A stretch of 61,803 nucleotides of DNA, filler included, from Rhabdomonas costata (lineage: Eukaryota), in NCBI GenBank assembly GCA_019059605.1. It is 21 parts of 21 records of this genome, joined end to end, with 100 filler letters (N's around TTAATTAATTAA, not from the genome) between each part and the next. Parts side by side here need not be neighbours in the genome. Positions count along the whole stretch, not along the records: positions 11,798 to 14,656 come from JAHMHO010001892.1; positions 14,757 to 17,605 come from JAHMHO010001893.1; positions 17,706 to 20,553 come from JAHMHO010001894.1; positions 20,654 to 23,503 come from JAHMHO010001895.1; positions 23,604 to 26,450 come from JAHMHO010001896.1; 16 more parts are not named here. One strand, written 5' to 3'. Both the position numbers and the translations under genes were made by a program. A model generated the notes under the pieces. The model ran no database searches and was not told where the DNA came from. It saw only the letters and a list, made by a program, of their open reading frames with translations. Of the stretch, positions 12,034 to 25,722 are shown one piece after another. Every line of letters begins with the position of its first letter. The first letter of the stretch is position 1.

Positions 12034-14650
12034 CTTTGCAGACAGGTACAACGCCAGGGCCTCCTCGTCGCCTCCATCGAACAGAGAGATCCCACGAGTT
12101 GCAGTCATCAGCACCCCCTTTGTGTGTCCACCACCTCCGTCGCACATCCCATTCCAAGGCTCAATGGAAGTTGGGGGGTAACGGTTGCTGGTGGTAACAG
12201 AAACGGGCTTAAAATTTCTTTTCCTAACTTTCTTTTACTAACTAACTGATGTAAAGTACACCAGCACTCTCGAAATAACTGTATTTTTGTGCATGGGGGT
12301 TAGGAAAGCTTTACCAGTGCCCCCTAGATGATTGTGTTTGCTTAGCAGCTGAAAACTACTGCTGGCTAAGGACTCGCCAAGGGCTGGGACATGGACGGAC
12401 AGGTAGGACAGCAATAGTTTAGGGGCGAAGGCCAGTCCGCGCCGCGGCCGGACGGGCGGCTTGGACGGGGAAGTGACGGGGGGGCCCTTTAACAACTTTT
12501 TAAAATATGCTCCCACAGAAATAAATGTTACCCCCCACACCAACTTCCATTGCACCCAATCCAAACCCACAGCACCACACTGGCCTGCCAGAATATTGGC
12601 CGGAGCAAGCGCGGGGGGGGGGGGGGCAGCCCCTAACTATGCATCTACTAATTATGCCCTCTCCCCTTAATCGGATCCATCTTGCGCCCTTGTGTGCAGA
12701 CTTTTTTATGGATTGATCCCGATTGCTTCCCACGGTAGATGCATTCGGTCATTCTTTGCTTCCCAGGACACTCGCTTGCAAAGGACACTGTTTGTGGAAT
12801 TCAGTTTTTATTGTTGTTCTACTAATTAATCTTTGAAGTGTTGCAGGGCAGCACACGCTCAATGCTATGTGTTTTCTGCTGGTTTCAGTGGTTTTCGATC
12901 GAGTACAGATTGAGTTCCCGCGCGGGGGAGGGGAGGGAATACCTCCCAACACACGGCGCTGACATGCACCCCGCCAGCCGATTCCAAGTAGCAATTTCTC
13001 TGCAGTGACATCGTTTTGCCTCGAAATCCCCCGCTGCGTGGATCTGAATCGGTACCTCTTGCCGGAAAGCACAACTTAACTTACTAACTACTCTCCTTCG
13101 GTTTCCGAATAGTGACCCCTCGACATAGAAGAAAAACTGAGCAGGCTGCGTTCTCGCTGTGGCTCTTTCTGTAGCCCTTCGCTCTGAACCTGAGCCATGT
13201 CGTCGTTGAGCAGGGCAAGCCCCACGGGACCTTCCCAGGGAAACCCCGGCACGCTCCCCCCGCGGGCAGCCACGTTGGCGAACACCAGCGGGTGTGCGAC
13301 AGGGGGCCGAAAGCCCAGCGCGAGCTCCCGGCTGGCCTTCTGGAAGGCCTCATCTTCCTGTTGGGTGTGGACGTGGGTAACGGCAAGCTTTTCGCACGAC
13401 CAACTAATGTGCAACTTGTGACACACTGCCAAAACATGACTCACAAACTCACCGAGGAACGTCGCATGGCTTGATCCCTTAAAAAAAGGGGGGGGGGGGT
13501 TAAAGAACCCACCTGAACACCAAATGGCGTCTGAAACACATGGTCTGCGTCCCGGTGCCTGAGTGTTGTGGCGGGCGGTGTACTGCTATGGACTCAGCGT
13601 GTAAACTCAGCACCTGTGCAAAGCTCTGCCGGGAACTTATTCACCGAACTCCCGTTGGACGGAGGTTGCCGGTCGGTGGGAGTAAAAAAAGCCCACCAGT
13701 TGGGTGTAATTCGGTCAACATTCGCCTTTTCTTTTTTTTAAGCTTCAGTTACCGTTTTCGGGCATGACACAACGCACAAACAGCTGAGTCAACTGCAATG
13801 GTGACCCCCGACACCCAACCGCGCTCCAAAAACGCAAAGGCAAGAGCAACCATGTCCCCAGCCAGCTTGGAGGAAACGAACTCCCGCACCAAGTTCACCA
13901 GATATCCCTGCACCGTGGTCACACCCGGGGCAGCTTGCACCCCCGAGGGAAGGGTTTCTGCGGAGGGCAGACCATAGTTCCCAATGAAAGGCAAGTATTT
14001 TGAAATCAGAAGACGTAACAGGAGAGCCTACTGAAGAATTGCCCTGAATTGATCGGGGGGTTTGTTGGCTTCTTGCTGGGCCTCCGATATGGTGAATGAA
14101 TTTCAAAATAGGCAATGCTCCATGATCCACCTTGTACACGATGTCCCGAAGGACAACGTTCACAGGCTACAAGGTGTACAATGATGCTATGTGCATTCCA
14201 GGACAGTGCAAACAAGCACGCGCTCCAAAAAAAAATAACACACACGCATTCACGGGGAACAACGATTCGGGTCAGTGAGCAGCACACAAACACACTGTAT
14301 GACAGAATGTTATGCGGAGGTCATCCTACTGGAAGCCAATATCCCGCTTCCTGACTGCTTTTCGGCGAGTGGATCACCTCTCTCCTGCTGAGTGTTGTTA
14401 ACTTCTTAACTTGCATAAGGCATTGCTTTTCTGTCGCCCGCGCCTTTCAAATATTCTTCCGTTGCCTTGGTGCTTCTCGGGGTGCGATCACCCCACCACC
14501 ACCACCACCACCACCACCACACCGGCGAGCCCCAGGTAAGGCCTTGCATCCCCTGCAGCTCCTCGCGCAGGGAACGCGCCGCGAACTCTGCGGTGCGGGC
14601 AATGCTGGGGCAGTGGTCGGCGTAGTACCGAATCACCGCGGAGGACTCCC
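12034..14650 (-). CDS. Multi-exon hypothetical protein (internal fragment)
   Basis: GC-rich exon-like blocks bounded by AG/GT: AVIRYYADHCPSIARTAEFAAR, PVNVVLRDIVYK, GYLVNLVREFVSSKLAGDM, WSCEKLAVTH...LLNDDMAQ and GISLFDGGDEEALALYLSAK. Full exon chain uncertain and family not recognised. Confidence 0.55.
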
Positions 14651-14823
14651 CACACANNNNNNNNNNNNNNNNNNNNNNNNNNNNNNNNNNNNNNNNNNNN
14701 TTAATTAATTAANNNNNNNNNNNNNNNNNNNNNNNNNNNNNNNNNNNNNNNNNNNNTTTTGTGGGGAACAGAATTTATACTGGCCACCAAAGGTGGTAGT
14801 GTCTGTTCTGTGATGGTCTTCAG

Positions 14824-17605
14824 GTTCTGATGGACCACCTTCACACGGGGGCCTTCGAGGGGTCTGGCAACGGACTGACCATCCTGGGCACCCCAGAGAA
14901 CATTGAGAAGAGGATCAACAAGAAGTTGATCGACGACTTTGTCGCGGCCCACTACACGGGCCCCCGTATGGTCCTTGTCGGCTCTGGGGCCGTGGACCAG
15001 GGCCAGCTGTGCGACGTGCGCCCCCCTACGCTTACATCCCGCCCCGCCCGACCCCCATAGCTCCCATTTGCTCTCTACTATTCACCACGTTCTTCCCCTT
15101 CCAAGGTAAAATTTTCTCGGTTTGCTGTTTAGGTTCATCGGGTCCAGAAGGGTGGTCATGGGGTTGTCTGAGTGGCCCTCTATCCTCGGTTTCGGCAATT
15201 CATCCAAGAAATTGCTGTGCCAGCTGACCCTCGTAGGGGGTGTCAACTCGTCCAATTGCATGATAGTAGAAGGCTCCCCTTTGTAAATCTCCCGAAGAAA
15301 GCCTCTTCAACCTCCTTTGCTTGGGGCCACTGCAATACGGGGTATGGTGGTGGTGGTGGTGCGCAGTTGGCGGCGAAGCACTTCGGCAGCCTGCCCAACA
15401 CGGTGCCCAAGGCACCCAGCCCGACCCGCTTCATGGGTGGGGAGAAGCGCGAAACCAACGAGCTGATCCCCCTGACCCACATGGCCGTGGCCTGGGGAAC
15501 CTGTGGTGCGAGCAACCCCGACGCCCTCAAGCTGCGCATCATCGAGCAGCTGCTGGGTTCGCTATCCCTCCCCCTCTTCTTCTTCTGTCAAAGAGAGACG
15601 CTTTTCAGGCAGACGGCAACGGATGATGATCAGTTCAGTTGCTTTCCCTCGCGCTGCATGAGAACTTGCGAAACTTGGGCAGGGGTTTTTGGCAATACTT
15701 GCTTTTGCGAGTGTTCAAAAGAAGTGCAGAAGGTATTAAACCTCTCGAAAGTCGACACAACAGATTTCATAACGGGAAAGGAAACAAGCACAAGCCCGTG
15801 ACCTTCTGCTGTCAGGTAGCTGTCCGAGGTCATTTCGTTTCCCTTCCAGATGCTCCAGACGCGTATGCGTTTAACCGAAACCAGTGCCCACCTCCCAGGA
15901 AGCAGAAAACACCTAAGCACACTCAGAATTTTCCGCACCGAATTCTGGATTCCACAAGATTGCGCAATTGCCTTGACTGAATACTTTGCGGGTCCATCTC
16001 ATTTTTTGGGGGTGGAGGGGGGCGGGGCTCAATCGAACAACGCGTTTTCAGGTGTACGCGGTTACCGTTTCCCCAGCTTAATAAAAGACCAGAATCGCTT
16101 GCCGTGATTGGAACATCGGAACGCTGACCGTGGCAGGGACCACAACCCCACCCGCAGTCCCACCACGCCCACACCTCACGACACGCGGCGCACCTACAGG
16201 GAACTACAGCCGGGACAAGGGCGAGGCGGCGTACAGCTGCTTCACCCGCAACATCGTTGCGGACTTCTATGACACCCACCACGGGATGTTCAAGCTGGGG
16301 GAGTTCTACGAGCACAACCCCATCCACAGCATCTCCGCCTTCTGGACCCCGTACAGCGATGCCGGGCTGCTGGGCTTCTACCTGATCTGCGAGCCAGGTC
16401 GCAAGAGGAAATAGCAGCATGGGAAGGGGCAGCTCGTTTCAGACTTAGGCTTGGGCCTTTGCGGCTTCTCGTCTCCACGGCGTCTCGTCTGCACATCCCG
16501 TCAGGTTCGTTCCACTATTTGCACGAAAAACTAACTTTTCGGCTGGGCAATTTAACAAAAATATTCAAAGTATTTGAAGGTTTTGAAAATAGTCGGGAAA
16601 GTTTGGCCAAAGGTTCCATCCATTCGAAAATAACAGCAGCCCGAGCTGCTGCACTTGGAGAGATGCTTGCGGCCCTGTTTTCTTTGCGCTTCCCTCCCTT
16701 TTCCACTGCCACCATGTTTCACAGGCAAGCCGTATAGCCACAACCTGGACAACTCCACCTTCTTCGCGATGCGGGAGGTCATCCGCATCACCCAGGCGAT
16801 CAGCGATGAGGAGGTTCCACCCACTCGCACCCTTTCCCTTGCTTGTTTGCTTGCTTCGTGACTATGCTTTTTGCTCGTCTCTTGTGGGTTATATGCACGG
16901 CCTTTAAACGTTACCTTTCCGATTGTCTGACTTTTACCCCTGAAATCTTGCCCCAATACAAAACGGCTGACCAATAGGCCTGTGGGCCTATTTGGCCCTC
17001 CTCTCATTACTGCCATTCTTTCGGTTTCTGCACGCAGTTCATGCGCGCCAAGAACCAGCTGAAGGTTCAGACCCTGCTTGGCTTGGACGGTGTGTTTCAT
17101 GGATGGATGTGAAACGTTACTTTCTGACAAGGCAGGAGGGAGAAATGGGGGAATATGGTGTGCCTTTGCTTGGGGAACAGCTTTTCTTTGTATCCACGCT
17201 CCCCATCTCTGCGTGCGTTTCCTTTCAGTCTTTTAATCGCACAACCCAAAGAACCAATAGACAACGTGTCCCGAAGTCAGAACAGTAAGTTGGCACCATT
17301 CGCAGGTCTCTTGTGTAGGTGGAGGTGCGATTACTTAACAAAACTGGTAACAGCCCTGCTTTCCCTCGGAGCTCGTAAAAACACCGCCCTCGTTTTGGCA
17401 GGTACGGCCATTCAAAATGGAAACTGTGGCAAGTAATTCGGAGACCCGAAAACGAAACCACAAGTCCAGGACACAAGCGACTTTTGCTTCTTTCCAAGTG
17501 CAAGCACAAACGGCCCTTCCTTCAATCGTTCATTCCTTCAAAAGGGACCACCAACATCGCCGACGACATCGGGCGCCAGGTGTTGACCTTCGGCTCCCGC
17601 ACACC
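14824..17605 (+). CDS. QCR1: Complex III core protein 1 / mitochondrial processing peptidase beta (M16 family), internal fragment
   Basis: Exons 14824-15015, 15367-15556, 16200-16397, 16725-16813, 17038-17089 and 17545-17605. Motifs HYTGPRMVLVGSGAVD, YSRDKGEAAYSCF, RAKNQLK and DGTTNIADDIGRQVL closely match Euglena gracilis core 1 as recalled. Confidence 0.95.
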
Positions 17606-18476
17606 NNNNNNNNNNNNNNNNNNNNNNNNNNNNNNNNNNNNNNNNNNNNTTAATTAATTAANNNNNNNNNNNNNNNNNNNNNNNNNNNNNNNNNNNNNNN
17701 NNNNNCGCCGTCAGGGTCACTTGCCGTCGTCTTTTGTGTGGTCGCGACAAGGGCTGGATCCATGTCCGAACCCCGAACCCGAACCAGGAAAACGTGTCCT
17801 GATTTGAAACGTGTTGAAACGTGTGAAACCCTTCTCTCCGACATGGGAACACGGAAAGCTTATTCGGAACATTTGGTCGGCGCTTATCAGGAGTGGTCGA
17901 CCATCAATGTGCAGTGACGACGTCCGCAGTTAGCAGCGTGTGCACACAGACCAGGAAGTACCGACGAAGAGGGCGGCAAGAAGAGCTAAATTCCCAACCC
18001 CGCAGCAGTTGCAGCGCCAAACTCGCAGAGCAGAGTGAAAGGCCGCTGCCAAGAGCGCAGCTATGCCCACTCCCCTTCCTGCAGTCCCATGTCCCATTCC
18101 TCGGTGACATCAGCCAACCTGCATGAGAGCAAAAATGGGAAATGGTGAGACCAAATCTTACGCCAACACTTTCTCAAAGAAAACAGAGAAGAAGAACAGG
18201 TACCGATTGTGACCCATCTCCGCGGTGGCCACGTAACCTTTGGGGGGGGGCAAAGGCAAGCAATAAAGCACACAGGAGAAGCAATGGCCCTCCCCCCAGT
18301 TTACATTTCCTTGTCATCCAGTTAAAGGTTGCCCATAAACGCAATACTTCCTATGTAAAACCAAAGCTATGGCGCAAGGCAGCCTTCGTTTTGGGAGGTT
18401 TAGATATTCAGGTTGGGATTTATCTCTCTCCGAAGGAGGATTTTTCCGCAGATCACCGAGTAGGTTCCATTGGTGG

Positions 18477-20553
18477 CTATACGGCACCCAAATTTTGTGG
18501 AACTGACCGAACAGTGAAGAGCGATAGGTAAGGAAAGGGCAAAGGTTACGGGGGAAACATTCAATGCACAGAGTGGTGTGTGAGGACGGTGGTGGAGGCG
18601 GAGGAGGCTTGCACCTGCTGTCGAGGGAGACAACAGGTACGCCACTGCGTAGGTGTAAAAGTTGTACACCCCATAGGTGACCAGAAACTCAGCAGCTGTG
18701 AAACATGCACTGCCAAAACTTTCCCATTTCGGGGTGGACCCAGGGATCCCGTGGCCCTATCCAGAGTCATGGCCAGTTCAATGCCAATGACTGTACGTAA
18801 GGTCAAGCCGAATTTCGGATCAATGAATCACGCCGTTGCACTGTCTGCAGGATAAAAACGAGAACAGCGCCATAGAAAGCGAGAGTCGGGCGAGCAGGAC
18901 ACCGCTGTATCGCCCGTAGAGGAAGAAGCCGACACAGAACGCCGTGAAGGCCACCACCACCAGGGTCAGGGCAAAAAGGTGGGTCCACCGCTTCATGAGA
19001 TACGTCACAGAGGACCACTGCCCGAGAATCCGGCACACCAGATACATTACCCACAGCAGGTACAGCCCCAGAATCGGCAGCTGCACAGAAAAAACCAGAC
19101 CAAATGAAACAAAAACAAAGGAAACCAAAGGCAACCAAACGCCACGAACGAAAGCAAATTACTCCTCCTTGTGCTAGCTGCTATCTTGGGCAATCTGCAA
19201 CTCCCCCCGCCCACACACCCATACAGAATTACGCTGAAAGCCTGAAGCATGAAAAGAAAAAGAGGGAGAATAGGAAGGGAACAAAAGAAGCGAGTGGTGG
19301 AAACGCGCACCGTGTAAAGCGCGACCTCTTGCAGGATCTGCTGCAACGACACGCTCGGGGTGTTCCCCTGCCTGTACCTAAGAACATGAAGACAGTCCGT
19401 CGCAGAACCGTCCTTCCATTCGCCCTGGCTGTAAATTGTGTGAGTGAAAGGTAGCGCAGGTCACACTTGATGTAGGCGTACGGGACCACGTTGCTGATCC
19501 AGAAGGCTCCCAGAACGGCGAACTTCGGAAACCAGAAGCTCCACCACTTCCGCTGCGTACCTTCCTGGCAGGGAAAGTTACGTAACACCACAAATATAAC
19601 AGGAAACTAAGGAGGGAAACGGAACCAACTGCACATGACGGCTGGGGGAAGCAAAAGGAACAAAGAAAGAAGGGAAGAAAAGGGAAGGGAAGGGAAGGGA
19701 AGGGAAGGGAAGATTCAGGTTGCAGCAAAAACGTGAACATGATGACAACTGATTCATTTTCAAAGGGAAACAAAACAGGGAGGGGGGAGCTGAACGCAAA
19801 GGCGAAGCAGGCCAAATACAGTCTCACAGTCACTGTCAAGGTCAACAAAACTCGAAAAAAAAAAGTGAAATTCAAAAAACCTTGAGCACCAGGTTGTGAC
19901 AGAAGGCCAGGATAAGGAACAACAGGACACAGAGATAGGAGAAAAGGAAGACAGTGTCCAAGGTGGGGAAGAACCAGGACTGCACGAAGATAGTCGCCGC
20001 AAAGAACGGATCTGGAAACCATGAGATGCAGCGACAGCGAAGGACCACATAAAACGTCGCAACCTTACATTGCTCAGACCCTTATTGGCTACAAACCTGG
20101 CTGAAAAAGGTTTGCGAAAACTCCGCATGACATTTTTGACCATCGTTTTACTTCTTTTTGACGCAGCTTCATTCAGTAGTTGAAAATATACATGTAATAA
20201 AATAGTCTGTGTACTTCGGCTTCGGCTTCGCCCACTCAAATTTCCGGTGTACAGCACACTTTTACAATGCCGCAAAAACAAACATGAAAAACGCCCCGCG
20301 TAGGCATACTGTTGAAAAAGATCAATGCAATCAGCAGAGCCAAAACTGCCCTGAAATCGTAGGCGAAAACAAACGCAGGAACGTGGGAACGGAGCAAAGT
20401 GCCAGAAAAGGCAAGTATCCAACCAACAAAATACCTGTGCTCCGTCACCCAACCGCTTCTCAGCTGCGCAACCGAACGGATGAAAAGCACCAGAGCCAGA
20501 ACAGACAAGAAAAGAAAGAAAGAATGGAAGACTATCTCGAACACCCAAAAGTT
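18477..20553 (-). CDS. TMEM181: TMEM181 / Wntless-like multi-pass membrane protein (3' part)
   Basis: Spliced GT-AG exons give FEIVFHSFF, WVTEHR, FFNNPFF, SWFFPTLD, WSFWFPKF and AAEFLVTYGVYNFYTYAVAYLLSPS, collinear with TMEM181 motifs. The last exon and stop are tentative. Confidence 0.85.
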
Positions 20554-21022
20554 NNNNNNNNNNNNNNNNNNNNNNNNNNNNNNNNNNNNNNNNNNNNTTA
20601 ATTAATTAANNNNNNNNNNNNNNNNNNNNNNNNNNNNNNNNNNNNNNNNNNNNTGTGGGTTGTGGGCATTTCTAAATTGGAGGAGTGCTGAAAGTGCATC
20701 TGGGATGCAAGGTACTGCCAAGCTTGAGACGAGCTAAATCAGAAAAGGAGTTTGGGTGCTAAAAACGTTGTTTTGGTTGCTCAGTGGGACATAAAAATTG
20801 AAATAGCAGGGAACACCTCGAAAGTGAGAAAGCAGTGCACAGTGAATTCCGATTTTGAGTTTATCCAAAATGACTTTCAACTGCTGGATGTGTTGTGTTG
20901 ATTTGACTGGTAAATTTGCAGGTTACTGAGTTTACGGTGTGACTTGGCTTTTTCTTCGCGATTGCATTCGCTGGTGCGTTTAGACGTTCCAAAGTTTTCG
21001 GCAAAACAATGATGACATTGAC

Positions 21023-23503
21023 CCCCATGTGCTGCAAATAGACTCTCTTGAAGGGTCCCTTCTGAGCTGCGGTGGGGAGTATTATGAAGGTGAAGATGAT
21101 GATTCGTTTTGAGGTCTAATGTGGGGTGATTTGCACACGCATACTTGCAGCGCTGTAGTCATATACGACGAAGCTCATCGCGGAGACGTCCGGCGGCACC
21201 TCCATGTGAAAGTCTTGGTTCCAGACCTGGTGTTATCAATGAAACCCCGAAAATGAAGAAAGTTGATGTGTGCCCCCCCACAACCGAGCATGCACCTGGT
21301 GGACGTGGACTGTGTGAGTTCGGGTCCACAAGAGAAGCACAACGCGAAGTAAGCAGAATACCACGCGAGGCTTTGGTTTTATTCTCCTTTTTCCTTTCGT
21401 TTTTCTTCAAGTTTTTTCACCGCATTCATTTCACTCGCATCCGAGACCAGAAAACCAAGGAGAGCGGAGAAGTGGGGCGAGAGAGGTGGAACGTACCGGG
21501 TCGCGGGTGGAAGGCTTAATTTCAGTGCGCAGCACCAAGGGGCTGGGATGGCCATCGGGTGCTGTGACCTCGACGAAGGGGTCAGCGTCTTCATAGCTCT
21601 GAAAGTTTGCCAGCGGAGGAACTCCTCTTCCATCATTTTGGACTGACAAGTTACTCCATCACCAAAGATTGTGAAACGCCTTATGACCACCCTGATCCGG
21701 TAGAAGCCAAAGACCTGAGTATTAGTGTCACGCTCTTTTCCTGAGATTCCGATGAAAGTTTAATACAAAAGTGCAAGAAGTTATTCGGACCCATGATGGG
21801 GGGGGGGTCTGGGAGGAGCTCTCCGGTCGAGTTGCAAGCATTGTTTTCACTGGTCCAAATCTGGTTGCGCTCGGTGCTAACCAAAGGTAACATAGCGGCG
21901 ACTGGGGACGAAACCAACTACGGCCAAGAACCAAAAGTTCCCGCTTTCCCAACGGGTTGCCTCTGCATTCTCATCGAGGTTCAGTGCTCTGTGAACAACA
22001 TGGCTGAAGTAAGCAAACATAGCAGAAGAAACGCACCGCTGGGTAGAGCTTTTCTGCCTTCACAATGGTGAGCCAGAGGTGCTGCGGGGTCAGCTGCGCG
22101 GCCTTCTTGGAGGAGACCGCAGGCTGCGAGGATTAGAAGGGAAGACACAAAGAAGAGTGGCGGAAGACTGTGTGTGTGAAGCAGGACCCGCAAACATCAA
22201 CTTTTCCGGTTAAACATAAACGGCATCATTGTCCGGATTTCTGAAGTTCCGAATTGATATATTGACGGAAGTTGTGCGGCGAGAATTAGGGTGCTTGTTG
22301 AAGTGCAAAAAAACCTATCCTCCGATTTTCGCTTTGCAACTCAGAGGAGGTGGGTTCTGCAATCCTACTGCCCGCTCTCCAACTCTCCACAGAACCTTTG
22401 TGGGGGCCTTTCCTCGTGGGCTTCCCCCACTTGCCAGGGCGGATTTCGCCGGGGCAGGAGACAATGTTCTTCCAGTGGACTTCCCAGAGGACGATGGCGA
22501 CGGGCCAGCAGAGGAAGATCGCTTGGCACGGGGTCCGTTCCCGCTGCCACTACCACTTGCACTGGCTCGGGCACTGCCACTGCCACTGCCACTGCCACTA
22601 CCACTGCCACTAGAACAGCCGCTGCAGAAGGCGTCCAGGGTAGTTAGGCAGGGACCCACAAAGCGGCCCAGCAGCTCAATCGCAAACGATACCTGCAAAC
22701 ATAGAGGCAGAAATACCGATTTTGTTTTGAAAAAGCTCCCAGTGAGCGAAGACCGGAAGTGCAACGTCCAAAAAGGAGACATCAACCCGCTAAAAAACAA
22801 AGACAGAAAACATTTGACAAAACTCACCACAGCAAGCGAAGTTCCGCGGTCAAACAAAAGTACAAACTCGATTTGATCACTGTGAAAAATGAACAATTAT
22901 TCGACAAATTGCATGCCAACTTTAGTGTGGTCCTGTCCCCCCGTGTGATGATTGGCTGTACTGAACAGATGATGACATCCCCCCTGCCTTTTTTTTTTCC
23001 CATTTTAGGGCACATTTCAATTCGACTCCCATGCCTCTACATGTTGGTGTAAAAAAAATTGATGGCCGCATGTCCAATCGGGACAAGCGCTTCGTTGGAC
23101 GACAGGGAAAAAGGTGACACTGACTTTCAGTGTTATTTTCCATCTCAAGGCCCATGTTTTTTGGGTTCCTTCAATTTCTATTTTCAGCAATACTGTAAAA
23201 TATCTGCACCGCAGTATGTACACATTCGCACATTCCCGGTTTGCTCTCTGGGATTAATGCACGCACAGACACAAACATGAGTTTTTTCTGGGGAGGACTC
23301 GAGGTCCACTTCCCCCCTGGGCTCCCACCTTTCGATGGGGCATGAGCCCATCGGGCCTCACACCCTTTTGTCAGCCCATGATACCTTGTCCGCTGTCCCG
23401 CGTACGCACGTACACGCACACCTCCTCCACGCTGGGGATGTGCCAGCTCACCGCACTTTCCTGCGGCAAGAGGAGCTTCTGGGCCCGACACCCACCACAA
23501 CCC
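21023..23503 (-). CDS. PSME4: Proteasome activator PA200/Blm10-like fragment followed in frame by an SG-rich linker and a C2 domain
   Basis: Exons 23503-23422, 22692-22396, 22123-22037, 21598-21497, 21226-21145 and 21066-~21023. SWHIPSVEEVSFAIELLGRFVGPCL matches the PA200 WHxPSxEEVSFA motif. LWLTIVKAEKL...DADPFVEV...RTEIKPSTRDPVWNQDF...FVVYDY is a C2 signature. Confidence 0.75.
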
Positions 23504-23610
23504 NNNNNNNNNNNNNNNNNNNNNNNNNNNNNNNNNNNNNNNNNNNNTTAATTAATTAANNNNNNNNNNNNNNNNNNNNNNNNNNNNNNNNNNNNNNNNN
23601 NNNGTTTTTG

Positions 23611-25722
23611 GGTCACCATCGCCGTTTGGGTTCCGATAAAGATTCGCCGTTTGGGTTCCGATAACATTTGCCCATTCATCCTTTGGAAATCACTGCAAAT
23701 GTTCACTGCAGATTTTCTGGAGTTCGACTTGAAAAGGTTACTGCAACTGCGTTCAAGGGCTAGCCGCTGGAGCGGCTGAAGCGGGGGGCGGTTGAGGTCG
23801 GGACGCGCAACCGCATTATGGGTATCTCCGTGCGAACACTCAGAAAGCACACGTTGCATAGGGAGGCGTTAATCGCGCTCTATACCTGATAAATCGTAAA
23901 ACAGGTGGTGGTGGTTTGGTTTGTTTGGGTTATCCAGGGCGGATTTGCGGGGATCTGTCCTGAGAGCGGGACAGATTGGTCAATGCCAAGTGTTGGTGAG
24001 GTTTCGAAGCCAGGACAAATTTGCTCAGGGAGGAAAGAAAAATGCATTTGAATCTTTGATTCTATTTTCTTCTGGAAATGTCAAGGTGAAAAAGAGCCCG
24101 CGTTGTCACTTCCAATCTGGATGCCGCAACAGTGGAAAAACGATACTAATGCGAGAATGTTGATTGTATTACTATCGTGCTTTAAAAGACATCGGTAACA
24201 ACACTGGTGAAAAGACGAAGCCTCCCCCCCCCCCAGACTCACCGAAATTTGAAATGGGCACAACGAAGTTGAACAAAGAGAGAGCCGCCCAGTACACAGT
24301 ACACGGAAAACTTTGTTTCCGAAAATTTCAGCTATCGGCTTGAATTTGAGTGAGAAGTGAACGCAGGAGCCTGAGTGGAAGACCCTGCACACTGTCCATG
24401 TCACCAGAGATGCCAACAAGGTGCTGGCGCAAATCGGCGTCCTCCACAACAAATCCACCGCAGCAACTCATTGACTCTCCTGCACAGCACAGTCAACGAT
24501 TCTGTGGCATGGTGGCTACGCCACCAAAACATGAACCTGTACAGTCTAAATACTGCGATTCGGGCAGTTCACTACCCTGAACAACTTTCGCGGAGCTCAG
24601 CGGATAAGAATTATGTGCTCCACCTTATGTCAAATGTATGATCCCCATTTCTGATTCCCTCCACACGGCAATGAAGAGAACGGCAAACCAAACAGGGCGG
24701 GAACTTTTGAACCTTCCCAACGCTCCGTAGCCCTACACCCTTCAGGCTGGTTTCTATGCCCGTTCAGTGCCCGTTCAGTGGCGGGGCTCTTTGTCTTTTT
24801 CGACACAACAAGAATATCCTCAATCTTGTAACATTTCTTCCTCGAGATCCGACATTGACTTTGATGTTCATGAGCATAAGACCTTCACTTTGACGGGGGC
24901 AGAACGGAGCAAACGAACCTGGGAAGGGGGTAGCAAAAAACGTTCACGGTTTTCAGAGCACCGCAATGCCACCCTCATCGTCAGTTTTGGTCGCCGTAAA
25001 AGTGAAGAGCTCATCCTATCTCTCACGCCCCCCAGAGGGAAACCTTTTTCTACAACTCTGTCGATGACCTCGTCCGGGATGGGACCGTACTGCACCTCCG
25101 CAATGTCAACACCATGGAGTCGACGCCCATTTCCCGTGTGAGCTACCACCAGAGTACAAACCGTTTGTAAAGGCGCCTGAGAATATGACCTGAGTAGCAA
25201 CCACGAATAGCTGCGAGCAAAAGTGGGGTATGCCCCATGAAGACAGAGCCGGAAATACAGCACGGAGTTGGCAATTGGGGTTCCCTCTACCAAACACTAC
25301 TAACTACAAACGGAACGCAGCCCTGCAAGCATTCATGATCACGCAACAATTTCCGCATCCTAAAAAACGCTCTAAAAAAACGCTGCCAAATGCCGAACAT
25401 TGGTCGATGGATAGCCTGGATGAGGTCTCCCAGCCTTAAAGCGTGATGGTCAAGCCTTGACTCCGATGAGAGGTTTCTTGAGAGAGCCCGGTGGTCCGGG
25501 TACTTTTGGCCCCCGGTCGCAGAAAGGCAAGCATTAGAAACAGAAGGTAAAAAAACCCCAACTACCTCAAGAACTGCTTGTTTTCTTCCGCTGAGACGGG
25601 CTTCTCCAATATTCGACCCTGGAAACGGACCACCTGTGCATCACATTGAAACAAATACATAATTCATCTGAGTCAAACGTGATTAAAAATTCTTTATCGG
25701 AACCCAAACGGCGATGGTGACC
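23611..25722. mobile_element. Putative degenerate or non-autonomous TIR DNA transposon (~2.1 kb)
   Basis: Perfect 32-bp inverted repeat GGTCACCATCGCCGTTTGGGTTCCGATAAAGA at 23611-23642 and 25691-25722. The right end is followed by TTAA. The interior holds only broken ORFs. Confidence 0.6.

Noticed and set aside
11746-12249. ORFs with HHTTP / WCGVV repeats
   Set aside because: These are translations of the (GTGTG)n microsatellite running into N spacers.
13965-13994. PFIGNYGLP resembling carbamoyl-phosphate synthase small chain
   Set aside because: Flanking sequence does not match CPS, and the segment probably lies in an intron.
18820-18847. Apparent in-frame TGA in TMEM181 suggesting stop-codon reassignment
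   Set aside because: A GT-AG intron from about 18902 to 18696 removes it and restores GRYSAAEFL. Reconstructed exons give no evidence for a variant code.
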